Shown piece after piece: positions 46,846 to 56,670 of a stretch of DNA of 59,551 nucleotides; the first letter of the stretch is position 1; each line of letters begins with the position of its first letter. Source of the DNA: an uncultured delta proteobacterium (lineage in GTDB: Bacteria > Desulfobacterota > Syntrophia > Syntrophales > UBA2192); assembly GCA_963705165.1 (NCBI GenBank), contig CAVPJD010000018.1:1-59551 (forward strand). The letters run 5' to 3'. Made by a program: the position numbers and the translations under genes. The notes below the pieces were generated by a model, which had not been told where the DNA came from, made no database searches, and was given only the letters and a program-made list of their open reading frames with translations.

Positions 46846-46881
46846 AAAGATAGAGAATGTGTTTACCCTGGACCCGGTAAA

Positions 46882-48048
46882 ATGAAAGTTCCCGTTTCAT
46901 ACAGCTTCCGGAATCTCTGGACAAGGCGCCTCACGACGATCCTCACGGCTTCGGGCATGGCGCTGGTCGTTTTCGTATTTGCGGCCATCCTCATGCTGGC
47001 CGAGGGGCTGCAGAAGACCCTCGTTGACACGGGTTCTTATGACAACGTGGTCCTCATCCGCAAGGGATCCCAGTCGGAGGTCCAGAGCGGCATCGAGCGG
47101 CTCCAGGCCTCCGTCATCGAGACCCAGCCCGAGGTGGCTGCAGGGGCCGGCGGAAGGAAGATGCTCGCCAAGGAGGTCGTAGTACTCATCAGTCTCCCGA
47201 AGCGGGGCACCGAAAAGCCCTCGAACGTCATCATCCGCGGTGTGAGTGAGGAGTCGCTGGCGATGCGGCCCCAGGTGAAGCTCGTGGAGGGACGGATGCC
47301 GCGGCCGAGCTCCTCGGAAATCATCGCCGGCGAGAGTGTCTCCAGGCGGTTCACGGGGGCCGGGATCGGCGAGACGCTGCGCTTCGGCATGCGGGACTGG
47401 ACCGTGGTGGGGATCTTCGACGCGGGCAGCACGGGCTTCAGCTCCGAGATCTGGGGCGATGCGGACCAGCTCATGCAGGCCTTCCGGCGTCCCGTTTACT
47501 CCTCGGTGATCTTCAAGCTTCGCGACGCATCCGGGTTCGACGCCTTCAAGGCCCGCGTCGAGAGCGACCCGAGGCTCACCGTGGAGGCCAAGCGGGAAAC
47601 GCGCTTCTACGCCGATCAGTCGGAGATGATGGCGAAGTTTCTCCGGATCCTGGGGATGTCGCTGACGATCATCTTCTCGCTTGGGGCCGTGATCGGGGCC
47701 ATGATCACCATGTATGCCGCCGTGGCGAACCGCACCGCCGAGATCGGCACGCTGAGGGCCCTGGGGTTCCAGCGGCGCAGCATCCTGGGGGCCTTCCTCA
47801 TGGAGGCTCTGCTGCTGGGGTTCATCGGGGGGGCCGTCGGCCTCTTTTTCGCCTCTTTCCTGCAGCTGCTGACGATCTCGACGCTCAACTTCCAGACCTT
47901 TTCGGAGCTCGCCTTCTCCTTTACGCTCACCGTGGAGATCGTCTGGCAGGCCCTGCTGTTCTCACTCATCATGGGCTTTGTAGGCGGTGTGCTGCCGGCC
48001 CTGCAGGCCTCGCGGATGAAGATTGTCGATGCGTTGCGCACCACCTGA
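46882..48048 (+). CDS. ABC transporter permease (MacB/FtsX family), second subunit
   Basis: RNLWTRRLTT, RTAEIGTLRALGF, GGVLPA. Confidence 0.92.
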   Translation: MKVPVSYSFRNLWTRRLTTILTASGMALVVFVFAAILMLAEGLQKTLVDTGSYDNVVLIRKGSQSEVQSGIERLQASVIETQPEVAAGAGGRKMLAKEVVVLISLPKRGTEKPSNVIIRGVSEESLAMRPQVKLVEGRMPRPSSSEIIAGESVSRRFTGAGIGETLRFGMRDWTVVGIFDAGSTGFSSEIWGDADQLMQAFRRPVYSSVIFKLRDASGFDAFKARVESDPRLTVEAKRETRFYADQSEMMAKFLRILGMSLTIIFSLGAVIGAMITMYAAVANRTAEIGTLRALGFQRRSILGAFLMEALLLGFIGGAVGLFFASFLQLLTISTLNFQTFSELAFSFTLTVEIVWQALLFSLIMGFVGGVLPALQASRMKIVDALRTT

Positions 48049-48065
48049 GAAGCGTGTAGCGGGTC

Positions 48066-48224
48066 AGCCGACAGCCGAAGCCAGCCAACAGCCAAAAGAG
48101 TTCTCCTGTATACTTTCTCTTTTTTTACTGTCGGCTGTAGACTGCGGGCTGTAGGCTGGGTGTGTCGGACGCAGGCGGCCTGACCAGACAGACCGGATAG
48201 ACGAGATAGACCAAATAGACTAGA
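48066..48224. repeat. Inverted 7-mer arrays (AGCCGAC / CTGTAGG) followed by a 9-mer array (TAGACCAAA)
   Basis: At 48066-48092, 48128-48158 and 48182-48224. Confidence 0.78.
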
Positions 48225-48621
48225 TGGACGAACCCGGCCGGGCGGCCGGATTGGGGGCGGCGTCCTTCCGGGGCCTGTCCTCGTCGGGTTCCAGGGAGGG
48301 CTGTCCGCCGCCGTTCGAGGGCAGCGGTGTGGCCGCCTCATCCTTTTTCCCCGCCGAGTCCATGAACCGGTAGATGAGATCCCCCCGCTTCAACATCCCC
48401 AGTTCGTTGCGCGCCACCGACTCGATGTAGCGCAGGTCATCGCGAAGAAGCACCACTTCGCGCTTCAGGCCGTTGTCCGCTGCCTCGAGCCTGGAAGTCT
48501 CAGCCCGAAGCTCGGCGAGTTTTTCCTTGAGACGCTGATTGTCCAGGAGCCCGCGGTTTCCGAAGACAATGAAGAAACCGACGAAGAGAATGATCAGAAC
48601 AAGGTAGCGACCGATCCTCAT
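48220..48621 (-). CDS. ftsB: Septum formation initiator family protein (FtsB/DivIC)
   Basis: TM, FGNRGLL, coiled coil, YIESVARNELGMLKRGD. Confidence 0.8.
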   Translation of the reverse strand: MRIGRYLVLIILFVGFFIVFGNRGLLDNQRLKEKLAELRAETSRLEAADNGLKREVVLLRDDLRYIESVARNELGMLKRGDLIYRFMDSAGKKDEAATPLPSNGGGQPSLEPDEDRPRKDAAPNPAARPGSSI

Positions 48622-49134
48622 AGCTCCTGCTGCAATCCACACGGATTCCTTAATTGACGAGGCTTTAAAGGCACCGCCACTGTAAAAATGCATGCAAGAT
48701 TTGTGAAAGAATCGGATGAAACCCGCGTGATATCAGCGAAGTTCCCATCTTCTGACTTTTAACCCCACGTCGCAAAGGATGTCAGCCTGCAGGTTTCCTT
48801 TGACAGCCGCTGCATTTGAGAGTAATAATAAGCAGCACGCATTCAAATCCTTTACGGTTCCATCTCCTCTCTTCTCAATTTGCTCATCGCATGCTGACTC
48901 CCATTCCCCCTTCGTTTTCATGATGAAATCGGATCGTGAGGCATTTTCCCCGCAGGGTCTTTACACCGGATGGAGACACGACTACATTTATTGTAGTAGA
49001 GAGGCGTGATTAACCCCGAATAAGACCTTTTCATGAGTCCCTCGTTCCGGTTGAACGGCCTGGTTGTCAGGCACAGGGAGGGTGAAGGGGCAGAAAAAGC
49101 GCAACGACATATAAAAGAAGATTAAAATCAACCG

Positions 49135-49150
49135 AGGCACCTTTCTTGCA
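49135..49150 (+). promoter_or_regulatory. Putative sigma-54 promoter
   Basis: AGGCAC-CTTTC-TTGCA, GG-N10-GC spacing. Confidence 0.65.
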
Positions 49151-49194
49151 ACATGTAGAGTTTGAAGAGACATAACGACACAGGGAGGTGTGTG

Positions 49195-49377
49195 ATGCAT
49201 CACAGGTTTCCCTCTCCCATGAAGGTTCTCGTCGAACTTCTGTTCGTTGTCTCCGTGATCATGATCTGTATGGGATCAGCTTTCGGCAAGCTCGACGAGT
49301 TCGTTGGTCACCCCATTTTAGCCCTCGTCATTTTCTGCGGCGCGGTATTCCTCTGGTATCGGTTCCAGGAAACATAA
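49195..49377 (+). CDS. Small two-TM membrane protein (60 aa)
   Basis: RBS GGGAGG, two hydrophobic helices, downstream of the sigma-54 motif. Confidence 0.7.
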   Translation: MHHRFPSPMKVLVELLFVVSVIMICMGSAFGKLDEFVGHPILALVIFCGAVFLWYRFQET

Positions 49378-49485
49378 CAACCCTTCTCAAGTTAGATAGC
49401 GGTATGCGGGATCGCCCCGGGAGGGGCCGTCGTCCCATCGGGGAGATCTGCTTTACCCGAAATCTGAACCTTTCTTCTTAGCTGA

Positions 49486-49535
49486 AAAACAAAACAGGGC
49501 GGGAACCGGTCATCGGTCCCGCCCTGTTTTGTTTT
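49486..49535. terminator. Bidirectional intrinsic terminator
   Basis: AAAACAAAACAGGGCGGGA/TCCCGCCCTGTTTTGTTTT. Confidence 0.85.
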
Positions 49536-49548
49536 CTTGAAACTCCCT

Positions 49549-50445
49549 TTACGCCAGGAATGGCCGGTTTTTCCAGTCCCCGGAATCGATGACATCGAGC
49601 CTCGCCGTCGGACGGTTGTAGAAATAGGCCCAGGCCAGCGTGCTCTGCCCTCCCGCCGTTTCCGCGCGGACAAGGGCCCGCCGGAACTCGGAGCGGGCGT
49701 CCCCATAGCCCCGGAAGTCCTCGACGATGTCGAGCATCTCGAAGGCCTGACGGTTGTCCTGGAGGCGGTACAACTCGCCCTTCACGACTTGTCCCTCCTT
49801 TTTGGCCGGAACCAGGCAGGGATGCCTCTTTCGGGAATCGAAAAGTATCCCCGGCGCGCGGGCCTCCTGGCGGGTCATGGAGTGGGCCCAGGCCTCGAGG
49901 AGGTGGTGCCGGGCAAATCCCTTCATCAGCGTCCCGTAGACAAAGATGTGGTCGACCGTCCAGGGCGCCTCCCTGCCCGCGGCGACGGCCATGAGCATCC
50001 GGTCGTCGAGCCCGTGGGACAGCAGGCCCTCCCTCAGGGCCGCGGCGTAGTCCAGCCTCGGCGGGTAAAAGGTCCCTGCGATGCGGTCGGCGAAGACCCG
50101 GTAGGCCACGGCCTCCCGCTCCCTGCCGTCCTCGGTGAGGACGATCGTCTCGAAGGGCCGGTAGCAGCGGGGCACGAGTTTCTTGGCCTCGATGGCCTTC
50201 CAGCCGTCGGGCTTCACCTCGAAGAGCACCCCGGGCATGGCCTGGCCGAAACGCCGCCGGATGTTCGAGACGCGCCCCCGGTTTTCCCTTTCGCGGTAAT
50301 TGAAGATGAGCTCGTGATCGGGGAGCCAGGCGTTTGCCACCTTGCCCTTGAGGGGGTAATCAACCCCGTTCTTCCCGCACCATCCGGTGAGGCTCTTTTC
50401 GTTGATGTCGGAGGAATAGGCGAAGTAGAGGGGTGCCTTGTCCAT
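49549..50445 (-). CDS. Tandem gamma-glutamylcyclotransferase (GGCT/AIG2-like) domain protein
   Basis: Domain 1 LYFAYSSD...PGVLFEV; domain 2 IFVYGTLM...VKGELY...LD.VE...AWAY.YN. Confidence 0.85.
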   Translation of the reverse strand: MDKAPLYFAYSSDINEKSLTGWCGKNGVDYPLKGKVANAWLPDHELIFNYRERENRGRVSNIRRRFGQAMPGVLFEVKPDGWKAIEAKKLVPRCYRPFETIVLTEDGREREAVAYRVFADRIAGTFYPPRLDYAAALREGLLSHGLDDRMLMAVAAGREAPWTVDHIFVYGTLMKGFARHHLLEAWAHSMTRQEARAPGILFDSRKRHPCLVPAKKEGQVVKGELYRLQDNRQAFEMLDIVEDFRGYGDARSEFRRALVRAETAGGQSTLAWAYFYNRPTARLDVIDSGDWKNRPFLA

Positions 50446-50514
50446 GGGTTTCCCTTCCTGTGGAATGCGTATGTACTATACGTCCGAACGTGAGCCTTCG
50501 TCAACAGCGGAACC

Positions 50515-50615
50515 AGAAGGTGAGAGGGTGAGAAGGTAAGAAGTTTGGATATGTTTTCGGCTTGGAACGTGCCTCCGATTCTCCAACCTTCTTACCCTCA
50601 AACCCTCTTAACTTC
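50515..50615. repeat. Inverted pair of 8-mer arrays (GAAGGTGA / TTACCCTC)
   Basis: Read directly; right arm overlaps the radical SAM stop codon. Confidence 0.8.
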
Positions 50616-52308
50616 TTCCCTGCTCCATCGCCTTACGGAATTCCTCCAGGAGAAACTCCCGGCTCACGCCGTGGTCGATGAAGTCCCAGGGGAGAAACTC
50701 GGCGGGGTCCTTCTCGCGGTAGACGTAGCCGTCCGCATTGACATGGACGCCTTTCAGGGCCTGGGGCCAGTTGCCGCCGGTTGCGTGGACGGCCAGGAGG
50801 ATCTCGCCGACGCGGCGGTCGCCCAGCGAGAGAAGCGCCTGGACGTAGTTCCACTTCGGCAGATCGTGGATGACGTTGACGGAGCGCTCTTTCCCGAATG
50901 ACCGCTTGATCTTCTGGATTTTCTTTCGCACGACGGCCGCGTCGGCCAGCGGGAGCCATTGGAAGGGGGTTGCGGGCTTGGGGATAAACTGGTTCACGCT
51001 CAGGGTGATCCGACGGAAGCGTCGAGTGCCCTTCGAGGTCTTGACGGCATGGTGCCCGATCCTTCGGGCCAGATCGATGATCGCGTCGATGTCTTCCTCC
51101 CCTTCCGTGGGGAGTCCCACCATGAAGTAGAGCCGCAGGTTCACGATGCCGTTTTCGATGAGATGCTCCACGGCCCGAAAGATCTGATCTTCCGAGATCC
51201 CCTTGCGGATCACGTCCCGAAGCCTCTGGGAGCCCGCCTCGGGGGCAAGCGACACCATCTCCACGCCGGAGTCGGCCAGAAGCCCGGCCAGGTCATTCGA
51301 AATCCTGTCGATCCGGAGAGACCCGATGGAGAAGACGCCCTTTGCGCCAAGGACCTGCCGGCAGATCTCGGCAAGCTGCGGGTGGTCGGAGACGGCCGTC
51401 CCGAGCAGCCCCACCCGCCCTTTCCTCCGGAGCCCTTCCTCCAGGGAGGCCGCAAGCGACGAGAGATTGCGGAAACGGGCCGGCCGGTAGACGAATCCGG
51501 CGGGGCAGAACCGGCACCCGCGGAAGCAGCCCCGGCTCACCTCGGCGAGAAACATGTCGCCGAACTCCGTGTGAGGGGTGGTGATCACCTGGTGCGTCCG
51601 GAAGGCGTTGATATCCTGGACGTGCCGCACCCGGATCGTGGACGGGAAGGTCGGGTCGACGGGCCGGAAGGAGTCGATGCGCTGCCCGGGCCCGTAGCCC
51701 ACGCGGTAGAATTTCGGGACGTAGGCCCCCTCGATCTCGCGCTGCAGCCAGGCGAGGATCTCGTCGCGCGAGACGCCGCCTGCTCGCAGCACCCGGTAGC
51801 GTTCGAGAAACTCCGGCACCATCTCCTCGGCCTCTCCCAGCAGGAAGAGATCGAAAAAGGGGGCCAGCGGCTCGGGGTTCAGGATCACGGAGATCCCGCC
51901 TCCCAGGACGAGGGGGTCCCCTTCGCCGCGCGCCGTGGCGGTCAGCTCGACGCGTCCCATCTCGAGCATTTTCAGGATGTTCGGGTAGTCGTTCTCGAAG
52001 GAGACGGAGAAGGCGATGATGTCGAAGTCGCGAAGCGGCCGCCCCGATTCGAGGCTTGAAAGGGGAGTGGATCCCGGGGAGAAGGACGCTTCATCCCCGG
52101 GATCCGGAAGGAAGACCCTCTCACACAGGAAAGAGGGGTGCTGATTGAAAAGGGCATAGAGCGTCTGGAAACCCAGGTTCGACATGCCCGTCCGGTACCG
52201 GTTCGGATAGGCGAGACAGATGCGGATCCTGTCGCGCCACGGCGCGATGACATAGCCTTCTTCTTTTGAAAGGAGGGAGGGATCGCTTTCTTTCAGCCTC
52301 CCGGCCAT
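50608..52308 (-). CDS. B12-binding-like radical SAM protein
   Basis: YPNRYRTGMSNLG, CERVF, SFEND, EVSRGCFRGCRFC, APEAGSQRLR, YFMVGLP, FIPKPATPFQW. Confidence 0.9.
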   Translation of the reverse strand: MAGRLKESDPSLLSKEEGYVIAPWRDRIRICLAYPNRYRTGMSNLGFQTLYALFNQHPSFLCERVFLPDPGDEASFSPGSTPLSSLESGRPLRDFDIIAFSVSFENDYPNILKMLEMGRVELTATARGEGDPLVLGGGISVILNPEPLAPFFDLFLLGEAEEMVPEFLERYRVLRAGGVSRDEILAWLQREIEGAYVPKFYRVGYGPGQRIDSFRPVDPTFPSTIRVRHVQDINAFRTHQVITTPHTEFGDMFLAEVSRGCFRGCRFCPAGFVYRPARFRNLSSLAASLEEGLRRKGRVGLLGTAVSDHPQLAEICRQVLGAKGVFSIGSLRIDRISNDLAGLLADSGVEMVSLAPEAGSQRLRDVIRKGISEDQIFRAVEHLIENGIVNLRLYFMVGLPTEGEEDIDAIIDLARRIGHHAVKTSKGTRRFRRITLSVNQFIPKPATPFQWLPLADAAVVRKKIQKIKRSFGKERSVNVIHDLPKWNYVQALLSLGDRRVGEILLAVHATGGNWPQALKGVHVNADGYVYREKDPAEFLPWDFIDHGVSREFLLEEFRKAMEQGRS

Positions 52309-52309
52309 G

Positions 52310-53479
52310 CTAGTCCGCCTGCTTCCTCAAAAACGTCGGGATTTCCAGGTTCGAGTCCTCGTCGTCGTCGCCCGCCCCCATCTTGATGACCGCCTGGGTC
52401 GCCAGGGGCGTCTTGTCCTTGTCCTTGCGCATGAAAGCCGGCGTGCTGAAGTCCTCGCGCTGGCGGTAGCTGCTCAGGTGCGAGACGTTGCCGACGCTCT
52501 GTCTCTTCTTGCCGCCCTGCTCGAAGCCCGTGGCGATGACGGTGATCCGGATCTCGTCGCCCATGGTCTCGTCGATGACGGTGCCGAAGATGATGTTGGC
52601 TTCCTCGTCGGCCTCGCCCTGGATCAGGGTGGAGGCCTCGCTCACCTCGAAGAGGGTGATGTCGGGCCCCGCCGTGATGTTGAGAAGCACGCCGCGGGCG
52701 CCCTGGATGGAATTGTCCTCCAGCAGCGGCGAAGAGATGGCCCGCTGGGCCGCCTCGATGGCGCGGTTCTCGCCGCTGGCGGTTCCCGTACCCATGAGGG
52801 CAAGCCCCATCTCGCTCATGATGCTCCGCACGTCGGCGAAATCCAGGTTGATGAGGCCGGGCACCAGGATGAGATCCGAGATGCCCTTCACGGCGTGGAA
52901 GAGGATCTCGTCGGCCTTCTTGAAGGCCTCGAGGAGCGACATCGTCTTGCCGCCCACGCTGAGCAGGCGCTGGTTGGGGATCACGATGAGGGTGTCGACG
53001 ATCTTCTTGAGCTCCGCCAGCCCCTCTTCGGCCTGACGCTCGCGCTTCTTCCCCTCGAAGAGGAAGGGCTTGGTGACGACGGCCACCGTGAGCGCCCCCA
53101 TGCTTCGGGCGATCTCGGCCACGATGGGCGCCCCGCCCGTTCCCGTGCCGCCGCCCAGGCCGGCCGTGATGAAGACCATGTCCGCGCCGGAGAGGGCCGT
53201 TCTCATGGAGTCCATCGTTTCGATGGCCGCACGCTTGCCGACCTCGGGGTCGGAGCCGGCGCCAAGTCCCCGGGTCACGTCGCCTCCGAGTTGGACCTTC
53301 GCGGGCGCAAGGGATGCCCGCAGGGCCTGGGAATCGGTGTTGGCCGCGATGAAATCGACCCCCTGCAGGTTGCAGTTGATCATGGTGTTCAGGGCGTTGC
53401 CGCCTCCGCCGCCGATGCCGACCACCTTGATCCGGGCCGTCCCGCAGGACGTTGTCCCTCCATCCAGTAGTTCAAACAT
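52310..53479 (-). CDS. ftsZ: Cell division protein FtsZ
   Basis: GGGGGNA, NTD, GGGTGTG, INLDFAD, C-terminal EIPTFLRK. Confidence 0.98.
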   Translation of the reverse strand: MFELLDGGTTSCGTARIKVVGIGGGGGNALNTMINCNLQGVDFIAANTDSQALRASLAPAKVQLGGDVTRGLGAGSDPEVGKRAAIETMDSMRTALSGADMVFITAGLGGGTGTGGAPIVAEIARSMGALTVAVVTKPFLFEGKKRERQAEEGLAELKKIVDTLIVIPNQRLLSVGGKTMSLLEAFKKADEILFHAVKGISDLILVPGLINLDFADVRSIMSEMGLALMGTGTASGENRAIEAAQRAISSPLLEDNSIQGARGVLLNITAGPDITLFEVSEASTLIQGEADEEANIIFGTVIDETMGDEIRITVIATGFEQGGKKRQSVGNVSHLSSYRQREDFSTPAFMRKDKDKTPLATQAVIKMGAGDDDEDSNLEIPTFLRKQAD

Positions 53480-53493
53480 ACGTCTTCCTCCCG

Positions 53494-54717
53494 TTAGAAG
53501 AATTCAGAAAACCACTTTTTCATTTTTTTGGTGGTGCGTCCCCACCATCCGCCGTTGCGTCGGGTGCCGCGACGCGACACCCGCTTGCTTCCGTAGACCA
53601 CGAGCCCCACGGCCGTGGCGTGCAGCGGGCTGTTCACGATGTCCGTGAGCCCGCTGACCCCCATGGGGAATCCCTTCCGGACGGGCATCTGGAAGATCCG
53701 CTCGGCAAGCTCCGTGATGCCGGCCAGAAGCGCCGTTCCCCCCGTGAGAACGATGCCCGCCGTGAGGTGGTCCTCGTAGCCCGCCTTGATGAACTCCCGG
53801 TTGACGAGCGAGAAGATCTCCTCCATCCGCGGCTCGATGATCTCCCCCAGGATCTGCCGGGACACCCTGCGGGCCTCCCGCCCGCCCACGCTGGGCACCT
53901 CGATCGTGTCGCTCTGGGGGATCATGAAGGTGTTGGCGCAGCCGAACTTGCGCTTCATCTTCTCGGCCTCGATGACGGGGGTCCGAAGCCCGATGGAGAT
54001 GTCGTTCGTGAGGTATTGGCCGCCGATGGGCAGGACGGCCGTGTGCTTGATGCTCCCCTCCCGGTAGATGGCGATGTCCGTCGTGCCGCCGCCGATGTCC
54101 ACAAGGGCCACCCCGAGCTCCTTCTCGTCGGCGGAGAGAACGGCATCGGCCGTGGCCAGCTGCTCGAGGATGATCTCGTCGATGTCGAGGCCCACGCGGT
54201 TGACGCTCTTGATGATGTTCTGCGTCGAGGCCGTGGCGCTGGTGACGATGTGCACCTTCGCCTCGAGGCGCACGCCCGCCATCCCCACGGGGTTTTTGAC
54301 CCCCTCCTGCTCGTCGACGATGTAGTGCTGGGGCAGCACGTGGAGGATCTCCCGATCGAGCGGGATGCTGATGGCCCTGGCGGCGTCGATGGCGCGCCGC
54401 ACGTCCATCTCTTCCACCTCGCGGCCCTGGATGGCGACGATGCCGTGGCTGTTCATGCTCTTGATGTGGCTGCCGGAGACCCCCGTGAAGACGGAGCTGA
54501 TCTCTACGCCGGACATGAACTCGGCCTCCTCGACGGCCTTCTTGATGGACTCGATGGTGCTCTCGATATTGACGACGACACCCTTGCGCAGCCCCTCCGT
54601 GGGAGCGGAGCCCAGCCCGATGATGTCGATGCCGGTGTTGGTCAGCTCGGCCACGACGGCCGTCACCTTCGTCGTCCCGATATCGAGGCCCGTCACGATG
54701 TTGATTTTCTTCGCCAT
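53494..54717 (-). CDS. ftsA: Cell division protein FtsA
   Basis: [27 protein letters not shown]-terminal amphipathic KKWFSEFF. Confidence 0.97.
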   Translation of the reverse strand: MAKKINIVTGLDIGTTKVTAVVAELTNTGIDIIGLGSAPTEGLRKGVVVNIESTIESIKKAVEEAEFMSGVEISSVFTGVSGSHIKSMNSHGIVAIQGREVEEMDVRRAIDAARAISIPLDREILHVLPQHYIVDEQEGVKNPVGMAGVRLEAKVHIVTSATASTQNIIKSVNRVGLDIDEIILEQLATADAVLSADEKELGVALVDIGGGTTDIAIYREGSIKHTAVLPIGGQYLTNDISIGLRTPVIEAEKMKRKFGCANTFMIPQSDTIEVPSVGGREARRVSRQILGEIIEPRMEEIFSLVNREFIKAGYEDHLTAGIVLTGGTALLAGITELAERIFQMPVRKGFPMGVSGLTDIVNSPLHATAVGLVVYGSKRVSRRGTRRNGGWWGRTTKKMKKWFSEFF

Positions 54718-54739
54718 ACGCCTTCCGCCTTCCTTCTCA

Positions 54740-55570
54740 CTATGCTCTCACTCCCCCCGACACCTTGACCGGCACCCGGAAATCGCGAAGCTGTACCGTC
54801 ACCTTGCCGGGATTGTTGAGATCGATGATGAAATACCCCGAGAGGTTGCGCCGCGCCAAATCGGCCAGCACGGGCTTCATGCGTCTGAGCTTCGCGTCGT
54901 AGTCGCCGAAACCCAGCTTGAGGCAGAGCCCCTCGGCAAAGAGCGAAAGCCCGAAGAGATCGTCCCCGTGGATCTCCGAGATGTTGCGGATCTCGGGGAC
55001 CTCCGTGTAGGAGGCCATGAAGTCGAGAAGCTCGAGCGACTTGAGGATCATTTCCCGGTTTTCGTCGCCCTTTCGGTAGAATCCCGTGAGCACGGGCAGC
55101 TCCGTCTTCTCGCCGCTTCCGATCTTCTCGAAGGCCGTGCCGTCGCGCTCGATGAAGTACAGGCCGTCGCCCCGTTCGATGAGGGCCACGGGCTTGCGCT
55201 CCGTGACCTCGATGACGAGCCGGTCGGGGAAGTCGCGTCTCACCGACACGTCCTTCACCCAGGGGTTCGTCTTGACCTTCCTGGCCACGGCGCCCAGGTT
55301 GGTCATGAGGATGTTCTGCGAGGGCTTGAGCCCCGTCAGTTCGATCACCACGTCGCTCTGAAGCCTCTCGGTTCCCCTGACCAGCGTTTCCTTCATCTGG
55401 AAGTAGGGCGACACGATGATGAAGTTGTAGCCGAAGATGAGCAGCGAGGCGATCACGACGACGCACGTCATCAGGAGAACCGTCTTGCCGATCTCGACGA
55501 GGATCCTCCTCGAGCGCCGGCGCACCCGGTTCAGCCGTGTTTCAACCGATGAGCGGATGGATCGTCTCAA
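54740..55570 (-). CDS. ftsQ: Cell division protein FtsQ/DivIB
   Basis: TM, POTRA domain (NPWVKDVSVRRDFPD...ERKP), position upstream of ftsA. Confidence 0.9.
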   Translation of the reverse strand: MRRSIRSSVETRLNRVRRRSRRILVEIGKTVLLMTCVVVIASLLIFGYNFIIVSPYFQMKETLVRGTERLQSDVVIELTGLKPSQNILMTNLGAVARKVKTNPWVKDVSVRRDFPDRLVIEVTERKPVALIERGDGLYFIERDGTAFEKIGSGEKTELPVLTGFYRKGDENREMILKSLELLDFMASYTEVPEIRNISEIHGDDLFGLSLFAEGLCLKLGFGDYDAKLRRMKPVLADLARRNLSGYFIIDLNNPGKVTVQLRDFRVPVKVSGGVRA

Positions 55571-55571
55571 C

Positions 55572-56492
55572 TCACTCCTCCCCGATGATCTTTACCTCGG
55601 GCTCCAGGGCGATGCCCGAGGTCTCGAGGACTTTCTTCTGGACGAGCTCGATGAGCCCGATGATATCCTTTGCCGTGGCGCTGCCGAGGTTCACGATGAA
55701 ATTGCCGTGCTTTTCCGAGACCTGGGCCCCGCCGATCCGGGCTCCCTTGAGGCCCGCCTCGTCGATGAGCTTCCCCGCGGGCATGCCCTTCGGGTTCTTG
55801 AAGATGGAGCCGGCATTGCGGTAATCCAGCGGGTGCTTCCCCGTGCGGGTACGAAGGATCTCCCGGATTCGTCCTTCGACGGCCTCACGGCTCCCCCGGG
55901 CCAGCACGAAGACGCCGCCGGCGACACAGGACCCCTCGGGCAGGGCCAGGTTGCGATATTGAAACTGCAGGGCTTCCCGTTGACATGACTTGATGTTCCC
56001 CTCGCCGTTGAGGAGGCTCACCGACTCGATCACGTCTTTCAATTCGCTGCCGTAGGCCCCGGCGTTCATCCGGATGCCGCCCCCGACGCTGCCGGGGATG
56101 CCGGCACAGAACTCCATGCCCGTAAGCGCCTCCCTCGCCGTGAGGGCCACTACCTCGGCAAGCGATGCGCCCGCCTCGGCGAGAATCGCCGCGCGCCCCT
56201 CCCCGCGGCCCTCGATGCGGACCGCGCGCAGGCCCTTCGTGGAGATGATCACGCCGCGGAACCCGTCGTCGCGGACGATGAGATTCGTGCCGTTGCCCAC
56301 GAAGAATACGGGGATCCCCTCGGCACGCATCATGGCGACGAGTTTTGCCAGCTCGGCAACACTCTCCGGGAAAACGAGCGCGTCGGCGCCCCCCCCCACG
56401 CCGATGGAGGTGTGGCGGTCCATGCACTCGTCGAAGAGCACCTTGCCGGTGGCGAGGCGCTTCAGTTCTTTTCTCCATTCTTGTTCGTGCAT
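55572..56492 (-). CDS. murB: UDP-N-acetylenolpyruvoylglucosamine reductase
   Basis: GNGTNL, GIPGSVGG..MNAGAYG, AGSIFKNP, SEKHGNF, LEPEV. Confidence 0.96.
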   Translation of the reverse strand: MHEQEWRKELKRLATGKVLFDECMDRHTSIGVGGGADALVFPESVAELAKLVAMMRAEGIPVFFVGNGTNLIVRDDGFRGVIISTKGLRAVRIEGRGEGRAAILAEAGASLAEVVALTAREALTGMEFCAGIPGSVGGGIRMNAGAYGSELKDVIESVSLLNGEGNIKSCQREALQFQYRNLALPEGSCVAGGVFVLARGSREAVEGRIREILRTRTGKHPLDYRNAGSIFKNPKGMPAGKLIDEAGLKGARIGGAQVSEKHGNFIVNLGSATAKDIIGLIELVQKKVLETSGIALEPEVKIIGEE

Positions 56493-56520
56493 GTCGGGCG
56501 CTCTATCCTTGCGAGTCCGG

Positions 56521-56609
56521 GAAGGTAAGAGGTTGAGAAGGTGAGAAGGTAAGAAAGAAATGAAAAAACCTTTTTCTTACCCTCAAACCTTCTTACCTTC
56601 TTACCCTCT
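56521..56609. repeat. Inverted pair of 8-mer arrays (GAAGGTAA / TTACCTTC) between murC and murB
   Basis: Read directly. Confidence 0.82.
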
Positions 56610-56670
56610 GTCCTTTCAGAAAGGGATGGCAGCCGCTGAGTGGGGGTGTGGAGGGGCCACCCCGCCCGCC

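Noticed and set aside
48733..48921. 62-aa minus-strand ORF upstream of the ftsB-like gene
   Set aside because: No convincing RBS or protein features; more likely regulatory DNA
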